Source of the DNA: a virus
Virus record (IMG/VR): IMGVR_UViG_3300025646_000028
Coordinates: 1 to 64,000 of that record
Length of the DNA: 64,000 nt
Direction: 5' to 3' (one strand)
The position numbers were made by a program, and so were the translations under genes. Each line of letters starts with the position of its first letter. Within the stretch, counting starts at the first letter, position 1. The notes below the pieces were generated by a model. That model ran no database searches, had not been told where the DNA came from, and saw only the letters and a program-made list of their open reading frames with translations. Shown here piece by piece: positions 36,501 to 41,712 of this stretch.

Positions 36501-39236
36501 CAAAGACTCTATTTGTTTTTTAACGTTGTCAATTAAATCTTGATATAAACTTACACGGCTACCTGCTTCTTGATTAATCTTAGCAAACTCAGGATCGTTT
36601 TGTATTTTAGTCATAATGTTGCTAATTAACAATTCTTCTTGTCTTGTTAGCGCTCTATTAGGTGCTAAAATAAGTTTTAAACTTTCTTCGACATCAAGTT
36701 TATTTTCTTCCATTGCTTTTTTTAAAGCATCTACAGTGGGTACATCTTTTAAATTTTTAATAGTTTCATCTAAAGATTCAATAATACGCATTCTTTCTTT
36801 TTCAGTTGCCATTGTTTGACGCGTTTTGTCGTTAAAATTACGGAGTAATCTACCTTCACCTAATTGTATTAAACGACCAATAGGATTTAATGCAAAAATT
36901 AAACCAGCATTTAATTTATCTGTTAGTGTCATGTAGTTAGCAAACGCATCAGATGCTTCGTAATATTTTTTAGTATCAGCAAGATTTAATTTTAATTTTA
37001 AATCCTTAATTATTTTTGTACCAACAACGTCCATGTCAAAAGAACCGTAACGCATACCAACTAGTTGTATAAATTTATTCCAATTGTCAATTTCAGACTT
37101 TGTTACATTATCAGGAAGCTTTCCTGTTTTATCGTACTCAGTTAATATTGCTTGCTTTCTTTTAACTTCAGCTGCTAAACGTTGTACTTCTTTATTGTTT
37201 ACAGTTAAAGCACTTCTATAAGTACCACCTATAATATCTTTAATAGTTGCTTCTAGTATTTTAGCTGTGCCATCAACATCAAAAGAAAGGTTACCAATTT
37301 TAAAACCTTTATTTTGTTGTACACTTTGCTCCATTAAATATTTAGTTAAACCTTTATAACCTTCAGTAAGGTATGCATTAACTGCACCATAGATTAATCT
37401 TTGTGTAGTAGGTAAATTTGTTCGTGCAAACAAACCACGATTAGATTCACTTACTAATTTTTCTAAACCGTTTTTAATTTTTACACCAGGTACTCCAATT
37501 GATTCAGCAATTTCAACACGTTGAAGTTCTTTAGTAATAATTGTACCTATCATTTTAGTGCGGCTAGTTTTTAAATTACTTTGAACCATTTCATCAAAGT
37601 TTCGTGGATCTAAAACAATTTCACCTACAACACCCAATACTGATTTAACGATAGGTGGTGCATCTTTAAGAACATCTGTTTTTTCTATAATATCTGCAGC
37701 TGTTAAAACGTATGCAGGTTTATCACTATAACCCCACGCTCTTGCTAGTGCGTCACGTTTAGCATTAGGATCATTATCTGCTAGTCCTAACAGAATAGAT
37801 TTTGTTCTTGTTGCACCGTACAAGTTATCTTGAATATCACCAAATAACGAAATAGCAGATACAAAATCTGAACCTTCAGGATTATATGTAGGTAAAGCTT
37901 CATCTATTTGACGTGTCAATGGAGCAATACTTTGAGATACAAACATTGTTAAACCTGCACGTATTTGGTTACCAATAGCGTTTTCACCTAAAAATCTTGG
38001 TAGACCATAAAGTAATTTGTTACCTACTGTTGCACCTGTGTAACGACTGCCAGCTCTACCAATAAAATAAGGTATAGCAATTTGTGCGGTTAACGCTGCT
38101 ATAGTTGATACAGGTCTTGCAGCAATATTAGATGCTAAGTTTTGTGCAAATAACTCTTGTGCCTTTAAACCACTTGGTGATAATGATCTACCGATAGATT
38201 CACCTATAGCATATCCTACGCGCATCGCACTAACTGCTGTTGATATTAAACTACCAACTGCAGATATAATTGTACCAATAGGTGCTGCAGGAGTGTATTC
38301 AACTATGTCCCCTAGAACCGCTGTAAAGTCACCTAATGTTTCAATACTTGATAACACAGCGCTTCCAATATCACCTGCTCTAAGATCTTGTACAAGTCCT
38401 GCTGCTGACAATCCTAAAGATGCTACGTCAACACCAAGACCTAAAAGTGGAGTCAGCCCTGCAGCTCTACGACCAACAGCTTCTCCAGCTTCAATAGCTT
38501 CTTGAGCCACATCTACACCAACTCTAGCTAATTTTTCTGCGCTTTCTTTAGCACCTACTATAGTTGATTTACGAATACTGTTTAAATTATCTACAGTTTT
38601 ATTAATATCTTCAAACGCTTTTTTAGCATCATTTAAATCTTGAAGAGCTTTTAATTTTTTAGGATTTGTATTTTTGTAGTATTTAACTTTATCGTAGGTT
38701 TCTTGTGCAGCAGATAAAGTAGCTTCTATAGTTTTTTTATTTTCAAATGCAGTATTAAAATTTTTAACAGCATCAGCGACTTTAGCTGCTTGAGTATTAT
38801 ATTTGTTAATAGATTCTATTTGTGACGTAGTGTAACGTCTAAACCCTGCAGCAGCTTGCGCATTTCTACGACTACCTGCTAATGTATTATCAAGAGAAAT
38901 ACCACGTGATCCTAAAAATAAACCACCTTGTATTGCCGCAGTAGTGCCGGCACCAACGATACCCCCTATAGTGCCTAAAGTATTTTGTAATTGTTCATCA
39001 TTAAATCCATAGCGTTCACGGATCTTTTCCATGTACGTAGCACTGTTAACTGCAAAAGGAGTTGTAGCAAATTGACGAAGTGTTTCTTCAAACGTCTGAA
39101 CATTTGTTCTTTGTGCTTGACCAAAACCTCTAAGCCCACGATAGTATGGCCCAAGCGCAGGACGTGCATATATGTTAGCAGGGTATAACTGTCCTCTGTT
39201 AAATACCGCTGGCTTTAGTGGATATAGTAATGCCAT
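15525..39236 (-). CDS. Giant (7903 aa) internal virion protein: single-chain two-barrel RNA polymerase with DEDD exonuclease-like domain
   Basis: Uninterrupted 23.7-kb ORF downstream of the capsid genes; beta-like GNKTWLGLHSGFKG and VNSRG; beta'-like KRIDG, VRSP and GADNDGD; IDLET and AHNGFRFD exonuclease motifs. Confidence 0.85.
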   Translation of the reverse strand: MALLYPLKPAVFNRGQLYPANIYARPALGPYYRGLRGFGQAQRTNVQTFEETLRQFATTPFAVNSATYMEKIRERYGFNDEQLQNTLGTIGGIVGAGTTAAIQGGLFLGSRGISLDNTLAGSRRNAQAAAGFRRYTTSQIESINKYNTQAAKVADAVKNFNTAFENKKTIEATLSAAQETYDKVKYYKNTNPKKLKALQDLNDAKKAFEDINKTVDNLNSIRKSTIVGAKESAEKLARVGVDVAQEAIEAGEAVGRRAAGLTPLLGLGVDVASLGLSAAGLVQDLRAGDIGSAVLSSIETLGDFTAVLGDIVEYTPAAPIGTIISAVGSLISTAVSAMRVGYAIGESIGRSLSPSGLKAQELFAQNLASNIAARPVSTIAALTAQIAIPYFIGRAGSRYTGATVGNKLLYGLPRFLGENAIGNQIRAGLTMFVSQSIAPLTRQIDEALPTYNPEGSDFVSAISLFGDIQDNLYGATRTKSILLGLADNDPNAKRDALARAWGYSDKPAYVLTAADIIEKTDVLKDAPPIVKSVLGVVGEIVLDPRNFDEMVQSNLKTSRTKMIGTIITKELQRVEIAESIGVPGVKIKNGLEKLVSESNRGLFARTNLPTTQRLIYGAVNAYLTEGYKGLTKYLMEQSVQQNKGFKIGNLSFDVDGTAKILEATIKDIIGGTYRSALTVNNKEVQRLAAEVKRKQAILTEYDKTGKLPDNVTKSEIDNWNKFIQLVGMRYGSFDMDVVGTKIIKDLKLKLNLADTKKYYEASDAFANYMTLTDKLNAGLIFALNPIGRLIQLGEGRLLRNFNDKTRQTMATEKERMRIIESLDETIKNLKDVPTVDALKKAMEENKLDVEESLKLILAPNRALTRQEELLISNIMTKIQNDPEFAKINQEAGSRVSLYQDLIDNVKKQIESLRNHRRSFTMRAVDVKIGNQAAITITEANKDQYLDELNKLRGETNLSKDQTLRRNALSAAFLDYEMMIKNDLVYEKYITYYESALNILNLATIRADDYAINTLSMLYAFRAYINDLIPQKASESLELEFKKLDGKLTKTKSDIEDENKKLTDLQTKQKELESKFDIEYLNNDAGYQTIKKDIDAVIAKLDKLETARKELEGYTSGNKRIKGKIQINREDYRALQKRIRAGEKDPTKLIAGFVNDKLDRALEVMNEIQRVNFLNGIKFQIDYTDANGKKVTVDVNENITKEFFIDIYKNAKEINDVGIVLKDNFQTQVNKLLNQYLGKDVFEDLLNFNHKFFDIDLKQWTALSKANRVKTLVAYINESNLDQADKDKLLESYTLRKIYASIEAVSQIKTTSTTTILADNLTTSMLYRYVMQEQMKLYKNKTDLNSSTNPIVLAFKKAAELLKELDDDFAKTTNDLTNYQKELLDDIRNRFEINLKNTPIYRYVKTYLYDYVDHDKNKLTLFKRSSISEILPDDISKYDIQQALKNKAIATSIVNDLMESEFVDELINIAEPDIKGLRDASIVRFKMNAEDDLTPEDEGVRVQTEERFNKAEAEREQHRLEKERIVSLYDESASDSEFNKKLTEDQRSENVITRIKDAKYGPITIRTALDYDISKLPSSVNQRRELALVNIVQFLLDPNRVVRLSGDQAQGRGKVLKLKQPFVLLPPFIQYSLNMSLFYDVKNSKDVNILQLLKNNARSTSEYEEQVNVFSFKIALLIKKYPELLTIADLKIKSKDSRQTIAKEISKLYLKNGKVDVRVNLTKRIGDQRSYTAMFKSALINVAKKRLGADATNIDARKYLLKISEDQNKFTELNDIVRETNKVVHAILNKNKYGSLFLDTLNELTVDLRRFESSLKKSISDYNASLNPSIRKKAIAESQEIREIFKDLASAKEGARSNQYGHIMFKLLNAVSKYYQEDYANKTTLRSFDNFNRIEQRDGEIIFKYQTEKMNKAIEYTMFDLIFIHGVTRRDVLNLVTTIGNRMAALDPATKVTSLEAAAVASYDMLIQEFGTLLTYNSFSIDKEIFMKQPGATEELYNLFSDPGVIELRQRLLLVNEIFETDLDTNKIDFRAIYDNRFRTFADYIFRAAQRYTAEENKGNTRLPKTYTFKATNKDGTVKDLFTVDLLDNKGVLRNNNTLLLLTLLKLSQINPKDFEGYTIKSPEGNEQSVIVSPSNIKQIIRDIFFKDRKTVKGLAQDSNLTRIEERIADAKEDLATFKKQNIEDKDTPRYKRYVNRVTTKIGNLQAVLKHYTEINKRIELDAFADFDTIYTRMQADDDLAQDYFNNTVDTDLKDYVLGIDPTGADRLYRRREVFKDRTDVPGIPKLNLYFVRHVFGKNDKKEFNKAKDNLTANEQTKNADLRIVTEDGTAVFVVPDEQWSFGGNESLAALYKRVMNGEEYNISEVFILSETKYNEIEDIQKNNKDDFDMVDRYTVRDETIKPVPEVLNVQGKKVIVDLWLKDLNLIYKERLDTTNKVTASELLNKLSLFYQQRYTKKNLQGFVPILKSYGEGTNLFNTETFRRIQEEAKLNNMFFDFYDRIKGDYDLETIGVNFFKGKFIKKGYDLSKLKKDLNDPVLVANLVQRGLFDKIIKALTYMQKTYGDDPLVDKINYYNVLKPETTSEILRLKNSIYGIVKHIEKTNKIAYKKIIPIIQQHIKTQFSEDTASQNVLSFLEINKELTSPIVTDLEKVFRDPYKKRKKSMLELFKASAYNRYGSADEGISLLNAQQYHLKNFYDIIQEARKRHYKLIAKHNKDTINYSHLSSLKNAWKDWYKDRITLDELYAQLEKIIPLKNFDLDLKPKNGSGIYSLAEKIYNSDPTRKDFKSPDDIVKHIVYGYVLKSYLISINQYMNKRVADQLDGFNAVDYLNLLQTTRDELLIKKRNKTISKPEAALLANVEKRLRLSQQITNKKDRYGFNMEHLIFRGDKLSLMFFYDFPSKAEVEKQIKEGTLEEIQDVKIDEYISEHISKKFNIELDQSDRLLLTVFAGDVIETATDHLYAKTTSTSNQYVPKVVTLDRVIKQTEALKEQILSEGFTQDQLQTMIALATTKKNEGVYLTGEDALKDKAIFGEEGKVPGKVNTYINELQRIKSLRYKIKKTKLTYKEIFKVNQIDLLETSTRFFDYFKNVIRNNDFNLDSEEIVRMLKEFGISRDEVFSILEGEYKTIQHFINAHIKTNDPSAEGDDFTKANLLIWFINYHKDQYIRNVLKRPNYTVSLEDIKAVRDFELIREKDNNLRLQTISINNLLGEGNAITNSVNFHFNRGFSILREIDRQTTYYNDRLGRIILDDTNLRDNEEYSGDFNGIIYKQNNIKLVAADTQRTLYEPIFKEGDAGFVGSRIYELMLMRKEFINDMMAENMATNKNVGSANQLYNSLRITWTDLLEKLKKDFKPGQFIRVRDITAAVGLFKKDTSSLNTFIDYYNMLLRDAKEKYILDNAGTKKSPEELSELFDAEIKALTDKIIEVSATNNKIVEFNETFVKGILGYIYLARFVDHTDIPEIQNRIVENVSKQFEDDIKYKSYKYKTITSVIKRIIQDESLTEFQKKKELAKLQGKNDFEELTLEQQQTINMGLRIQKFIKSSENFYNPNQFYDTFDVAYGNKATVGAKTTILSKREAAEELAIKILNDEIKKRQSGLNKTIARADDIKNQEKLFTIPKIKTSNETVNERLATPDYYTYDNKQRIVGTDDLYKQADLASFILQEKITEADKLIAEEEKTFKEKKLELIKALFTNYPGLRNYYMDQREAEIKLLIEKEEGELLKLNSKTDNKYLKEYDAYLKDVEDVKKIEDSVEYKVNSFYWDTYLQLRREGVPPTEALKTIYSFFKEELLELKISTEAEFITLHNKTIKEKVFENLNKIRDRRDARGRDSEGKLIKKYTAYAAKRAIHERNLQNYEEELTSLQIDDFENVDTALETLSKIIKDFKEESKSVLAKTFKAIDDKGTFTKLSDTEKALITKRHKALYNKQLSYLKVLYGFIRDFNVQFGIAGKKDLGVVKNDKLISLDVLTKAVQNEISILRNHANTLANRRIVDIPEAVDLPKLEGEEEFKLNLYFTVFNELKINKRSSDLKRELTDAEAARIENETREQFKDITPLTAFNLIFNFIKHPNNYDAISKSFGSKQVELDFSDLADDKLRFAQALLANVNNALVNKFNISVEYFSNKFVEYINKAEKTIGSIGLEKTLLDRKGKVPTVSDLDHAKKLFSNLYKDIEGEAIDNMDDQTVASLIRFVTNSKDNFEIKNYKRYKKQFLDKLKNVNDFKQALNDLPKRREGIETLKADLEIKKEALEKTKADRQAAYNKELEVAGDKLSNLDLFKHYYKARIKKDAAEIDVINIVLKIVQEKFPGQDIEFLKTFIKSRGDYALHNSVVDSLITLLNYIHQKPASKNFIVIDLETYRYNGEDTPYQITMITVKDKQLIINDVYINSGLFYDGVNDDGSYKENMLKFYEQQKRIWKKQWEKEDLSPEEFEVKAKIKMDELIARVKQVKNNDNFINTFIQKVGDANVDIVAHNGFRFDFNIIKNFISRIGDNLIVNEYYRNLSEENSLETIFNKIDKTELDADEITTEYIKELQEASDRLIKTIETKKEFITKQELDRIKEDLDRINNKITALKINQAIKKASEQTGYILNDDIKNQIFDVSTGAIKYLRDQLTKYFDKKVTDAIKTEIKNDLVLRFMEGITLENKTPAVEKIIIEYVDKLIKGVEKNYNETLNGAVIKYGATSGVGVRSELKERAIKLAGVKLYDKDVELNIKESIEILDALQAANSTLAEVLKTGLTSEEIVLQKQKEIEKKKETIRKHKETISRLREEVAAKVISDDEIVKQIISSAQKIDKLTTSGYGQTVSIALNSVKEIRSSTTATKELGLLETQKEMADRDLKLKLSNIIRLAAAIRSGKEITDYKVFLEGSVDTRILDVLNKSITKEDALKAINEELKALSKQTVLREDGKLEDAVVETFLKNILKDYQDELKVYLKQTYTKLVEALTNLLKIKTFKGISIANNNILFENKPIDLISLRKMYGVITDSENQEDYQKYTAAFTKVLNLLENYEENLSLSQISFEDLIKETTSTKLVVFNEYLNDRKNGLLQAKAWLENYVESDLPGKTDLNVLLLTYSNVMESITGLETKIENLSNETIYSLITGEKPSNRMNDQQFDSIASSTLDLKEVFESATLKRLGLKVHYDDPEKGNDILAIRTVHNTVLSKAIRQDNAIDNTYLYSVSDDEYNLVSTASFNAKKNRIEIKLRYGYIPAHLKYDGGSTAGFQTLEKNINVYFNSEDAKFDSDFTFKELENLLDEKKFYWTKDGKAKYSILPNVRRDEVFYAKGVDSGKAASDVLIKFLIKNKDNFRRVNSKTEASKITEAEEANEAIYQKTLTHEKFAANSKYLRVLNISEMIRNQFFAEVALYQKQRQLTERDLKTIYIGIYNRLTSRYKALEPGSIVNQINADYTYDYNIESFDDAFLKENNIDLQLNSEGSAGAVLKYKTRYALNFPFLLSTNAIRTMLSAKHLLAKYTSLKFLNNIYGDIPDKVAPGKKLLTTFLSNPGKYIKNKEVINNFVRLTKSANTQIFMPNVMSKSLYKSYKDDTEVHQFGFTVPIAFANDPRIPLDEIAVDADFYYSTEYGNGNKTWLGLHSGFKGAVRPIQGLYKTYGALFVASANSVNSRGTAGIYGEMLFNYIRAYLLNETKKDGSSLIPARTLRFFKAIDPYLRKTFGPLLNKEDNVLLVDSSFDSYELLEGLSKEIKDKLSNDEEFKSLITDTTKDTELYNVLILRDFKEEDAEKDVPAIITPAYIKTKSDQFITEDYDMNKVHERRLIKTDLTATTYVRGLAYVYADHENSAQAMATQTKFNTAGKLIRNVVDSNNNPIKGTYVSPTVSIPIINKIGLDNFNKVFGPNNDNLNLLSNIRSLGFKTVIKNATGLEDEEEVNTVERLEELQIKLTEAYQKKEIHEYVREQGMQYLNYLYLRNTTSGPKEGYNKNIDRIVKNTESNALKKMYSGKNSAYYQSRFKRIDGVRAQYLVDVTLDAGEITLPKDAWDAIVVKDSKEGNTLIKTEPLNAKKSKEYIDTILGFENIEQRIEFLNSRGILAEENGALHLAVESGTNKLDGYQLNQTYTYVLAVRSPVQDYAATPVLKAIGFSTSYAVNVNVYAYNMMGADNDGDTMGMGLLKFSDVEGDNAPLRELLATDLNYYSIDEEIDKKGNLISYLEKANRELFAKDKVENDQHFMSGAKLISYSVGRNQRGKNTLNKDIRGEEGEYLNVEMYRLISGDTYNQLAKSVENNLEPLDTNDVDTLRLYVNAHVRINNEGNDVSSVEDTSIQKVSDYFNVDKLKDYYDTFKDEIDTIYTIEKNFNSFEYGEDIIISEKLKKEYLNNFTQEEQDILNNTNRVTEEDKQAYRKYYKRLVLLVLSKKLEQSTTGRIRASKNGVNYAGNKRKDQFTSSIIAEYKHINKSKQGIFWKAIGATNTEGEVTVRSLLATLADEAKAENVNYEELYNILNGLTVEEVKRIWTEQSAIDIKYFLRDTEHVLKDLRRLVKTMMDAESELENLSNFMDRETITVKDYLEFVENSSIKNEPVIKNYIENFRNSKSLGEELGASFKKELLFYYFRGSKAAEEFLRRVDLQKLTKGYLDQYFIERVANNNMSNLIQETISMAKHDGIDSNSNERYIRFTRKVDNITTRKSVRNIILGSDTTEAILGRAINADRDFTERLDIKEERITSASLNKEYYEENPGSRIRLQESYDDEASAKTAIKNLIKERLKLYVFGNLYMPDEITTLFYKRLSQLNKALSNPNDYAINKKDLEESINFFNGFNIPFYKLIGFMRSSLSIVQVVNERYSGAKNINFNSIDSVKNASNILRLFYALRNPDFKQAFDKRYKSNNLFFNFFNNVNAMDEGWFIVDEEGNRVFISPEDDASQEIRDEGLSMEEVQIAVSAAGTNNNEVISKTQEELSKDTYNKVTNALTSKLQYATFDSETTKVNEFIGNLKTDIELLLIQKEEVIARIKEIKKLQADLNLKSSAQLKLQNPRVKNARLQNKIKNGIGELNALQNRKRAIELEIKDLEKAVKAEEVKLSAEEKSLLNTERIKEWYENNEDPIAKLEEENRQIEEAKQELRSKALENALINNLGGGILLLRTVDGYGLGDSNVGKPRYLTQEDLDSSKVRARLAMANDVTLLTNMINPNNLDVSLKIVYEFLRTRQQDYRLVIVKDPYKDEGAYKSIVDNIRRFDPKKDSKDQLYTQFTEKEIKALKFKTLEELEAYQKEGGKVVYNGKVYDQIDPTVVLKDNRALTPTYKEIKINSIDELRTLYNAVKDDGTGAVPIVGFVDLNTWIQAMETTYTSRRKPAGIELFAYKLQLLSKNISKFSAAFLFRNLNDTVYQLFSNAQILPKTVESNDFIHMTMTSLELMSYYEKYSDEHTASIINIGLHYEDIIKELKSKVRNPKLIESRLGLMKEVLESYVAIGATKENESPRIKYYLPIVKRLLKQMNLITIKNIDKYTNVLYDAAKFVSNIRFGEFIELYDNQEINGKWVAGLRVDARDENGKVRKGLTKLGKAIFDDKNKWKKTLLKQLSAFMNTAATSDYLRKDNFELLPEVFANYKGYDENDLSSKSYEEIKKMIADARKDRKLAKGFGGPFRGLTASLIDGYDRINTFIENGARVTNFLYNLMIYNKSFDESVLASLRSWFNYGLRSPLEQRLMADIPFISFPVRSITNWIHRLNSPRWWRFMSDFLDGWYGQYIDEEEKEYNDYIKYQMRNGWIPLSPTFGIRLGNGALDVMNILYNTQEAFEGRMSPILRGVKTLVEKRSVFEALNQLASLGLVGRLANTVTGVSDMALQTNLRQQAAQVPVARELLETRPASIGTTFRGFAYDINNYGKYTPRQYRYGRNGRYAKYENIYRDWFNKYGRMRKPKINPYSLVKDIQWRQYVRWRQSRNVIG

Positions 39237-39248
39237 AGTTCTTAAACT

Positions 39249-39276
39249 ATTATAGCATAAAAAAAACTATCGTAAA
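39249..39276 (-). promoter_or_regulatory. sigmaA-type extended -10 promoter of the giant gene
   Basis: TTTACG-16 nt-TATAAT with TG extension (TGCTATAAT), 12 nt upstream of the ATG. Confidence 0.7.
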
Positions 39277-39298
39277 CATCACGATAGTTTTCTTTTTT
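39259..39298. terminator. Intrinsic terminator (potentially bidirectional) ending the capsid operon
   Basis: AAACTATCGT/ACGATAGTTT stem flanked by A and T tracts. Confidence 0.75.
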
Positions 39299-39301
39299 AA
39301 C

Positions 39302-39640
39302 TTACATCTTTTTAAAATCGCCTGCTGCTTGGGTGTCCATAAACTTCGCGGTGGTTTTTGCAATTTTAATTTGACGATCAATGTGATGAAGATACTTCAT
39401 CAAAGCATTGTAATGTCCACGTGTTAACGTGAATTCCGAACCATCAACTGGATACTTTTTAAAGTTACCGTTGAACGCGATAGTTACAGAGTCACCAATG
39501 TAACGAGCGTATAAAGGGGAGATTGAGAACTTCATGTTCGCTTCGCGATATAACTTCATATCGTTTTGGCGTGCTTTTGTTTCACGATCTTGAACACCTT
39601 TAATAAGACTGGATGTTAGTTCAAATGTGTCTTGTGCCAT
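39302..39640 (-). CDS. Capsid-adjacent protein (112 aa)
   Basis: Directly downstream of the MCP; AAAGGAGG RBS; VTIAFNG...YPVDG resembles small genes that follow N4-gp56-type capsid genes. Confidence 0.7.
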   Translation of the reverse strand: MAQDTFELTSSLIKGVQDRETKARQNDMKLYREANMKFSISPLYARYIGDSVTIAFNGNFKKYPVDGSEFTLTRGHYNALMKYLHHIDRQIKIAKTTAKFMDTQAAGDFKKM

Positions 39641-39707
39641 TTGAGTGCTGCCTCCTTTCGTTTAATTACGGTTTAACCTGTCCCACCGTTAAAGGTTAGC
39701 GAGTCAA

Positions 39708-41504
39708 CTACTTAACGTTAGAACCGGAGTCGTTGCCTTCACCGTCATCGCCGAGAACATCACGTTCAAGGGTGTCGATGTAGCGTTCGACATGGGTACG
39801 ATTCCACGCACCTGCACTGTGTGCAACTTTGAAGATAAAGACTTCTTTGTTATAGATAACAATATCGCCTTTAGCATAAGCAACACTTGCAGAGAACTTC
39901 GGATAGTCTTCAAAACCTGCGACATTAGGCGAACCAGCAACACCACCTAAGTTAACACCATCGACACGAAGGGCTTGCGCACCACTCGCTTCAATGTGGT
40001 TTTCGAAGGAGTCATTTTCAGGATCAGCTAAGAAGCTTGGTTCATACGGTGCAAACACAACTTTTTCAGTGAGAGCAGCGAGTTCCGCGTAACGTGGGAT
40101 ACCAAACGTAACGACAACAGCTTCAGGACGTTTAATTGCTAAACCGAAGCCGTCAACTTTAAACCCGATGGATTGACGTTGATCAATAGGATCAGCAACA
40201 CCCGAAGAGCCTAAGGCTTTAATAATGATACGTGGAGCATCAGAAACACCTTCCGTAGAAAGTTTGACTAACGCTTCAGCACCGAAGAGAATACCACGGT
40301 GAACTGGTAATTGCATAAATGCACCAGCAGCTAATAAAGCATTGACCGTAGCGATGTCACCAGTGACACCAGCAGCAAGCGCACCATATTCAACTTGTTT
40401 AGAAGTAGCATTGATTGAACGGGTTTGTTTACGTAACAACGCTTTGGTTGATGTAGGAGCAGCAGTACCTTGAACATTCGTATCCCAGGTTAAGGTTAAC
40501 GAAGTAGGAACTTCCCATTGAATTAATTCTTCGATAGCAGAACCATCTTTAAGATAGCTTGTACCAGCGACATTAACTTTAGCTTTAGTCGTGCTTGGTC
40601 CAACTTGCATTTCTTGATGCACATCTAAGTAGAAAATAGTTGCAGCATCAGCACTTAATGCATATAAACGAATAACTTCGTTACCGTCTGCTAATTCATA
40701 GACACCAGGGAATTCGATATCAGGATACGCGAATTCATCTAACATCGTTGGGATAAAGGATAATTCGAACATGTCGAATTGTTGTCCAGTGGTCCAGAGT
40801 TTACCAGTGGTTTGTTCGATTTCCATGTATTGTTTAACACGTGGATCATCGATAAGTCCGTTAATAAATTCAGGTGAGCACACGTAATTAAACTTGCCGG
40901 CAACAGGTTTAACCATCATGCGTTTCATACGAGAAACTAAGAAACGGAGGTCGTCTAAACGGATTTCATCACCGAACACTAAGTCTTGGAAACCAGATTT
41001 AAAGTTTGCAAAGAATTCGTTAGGTGTGGATAACCAGGTCTTACGAGCATAAAGTTCTTTGGTTTGGTTAGCAACTTCACCATATTGAACTGAACGTTCG
41101 GCTAAGACTTCGTTAACAATGCTTAAGTCCAATTTGTCAGTATATTCTGACCAACGTCCAAACGAGAACACGTTACCAACTTCAATAGTTTCGTAAGCAT
41201 GCTTGTCAGGAGAAGGTGGAATACCTTCCTTTAATGGAGTCAACGTTGGGGTTAAGCCAGCCCAACGACGGAAACGAGCAGTCGTTTCTCCGCGGCGAAT
41301 CGTTAAAGTTTCTGCCGCAGCTAAGTGAACATAATTTTCTTCACCATATTTTAATGAGTCGAGAAGAATCGTGTTATAAAAAACGTCGGGATCAAACCCA
41401 GCGCGATACACACCATTTTCATCGTACAACATTCCGATCACGGTATTAACGTTTTTTAGATCGTGTAACGGTAATAATTTACCGCCAGCATTTGTTTGTG
41501 CCAT
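39708..41504 (-). CDS. Major capsid protein, N4-gp56 family, with an insertion and a C-terminal CBM5/12-like extension
   Basis: FYNTILL, ARFRRW, PLKEGIPP, GRWSEYTD and DPIDQRQSIGFK motifs; AAAAAGGAGG RBS; own promoter. Confidence 0.85.
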   Translation of the reverse strand: MAQTNAGGKLLPLHDLKNVNTVIGMLYDENGVYRAGFDPDVFYNTILLDSLKYGEENYVHLAAAETLTIRRGETTARFRRWAGLTPTLTPLKEGIPPSPDKHAYETIEVGNVFSFGRWSEYTDKLDLSIVNEVLAERSVQYGEVANQTKELYARKTWLSTPNEFFANFKSGFQDLVFGDEIRLDDLRFLVSRMKRMMVKPVAGKFNYVCSPEFINGLIDDPRVKQYMEIEQTTGKLWTTGQQFDMFELSFIPTMLDEFAYPDIEFPGVYELADGNEVIRLYALSADAATIFYLDVHQEMQVGPSTTKAKVNVAGTSYLKDGSAIEELIQWEVPTSLTLTWDTNVQGTAAPTSTKALLRKQTRSINATSKQVEYGALAAGVTGDIATVNALLAAGAFMQLPVHRGILFGAEALVKLSTEGVSDAPRIIIKALGSSGVADPIDQRQSIGFKVDGFGLAIKRPEAVVVTFGIPRYAELAALTEKVVFAPYEPSFLADPENDSFENHIEASGAQALRVDGVNLGGVAGSPNVAGFEDYPKFSASVAYAKGDIVIYNKEVFIFKVAHSAGAWNRTHVERYIDTLERDVLGDDGEGNDSGSNVK

Positions 41505-41712
41505 GTGTGGCCTCCTTTTTATTGTTAGACATCACGTCACTCTTTTTTGTTAGATCCACCTAATAAAAAAGCCAGAGAGATATACGAAATAATATAACGG
41601 TTAAGTCACATCATTAAGAATCTTTCTGGCTATAGGCATCCATACATGAACTGCCGAGGTTACATATACTTCGATCTGAACACTAAAGTAGTTCGCTACT
41701 ATCTACACATAT

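Noticed and set aside
16618-39188. Many 60-100 aa + strand ORFs (and short alternative-frame ORFs) inside the giant gene
   Set aside because: Antisense shadows of a codon-biased gene: no RBS, Ser/Leu/Phe-rich translations, fully nested in a long ORF
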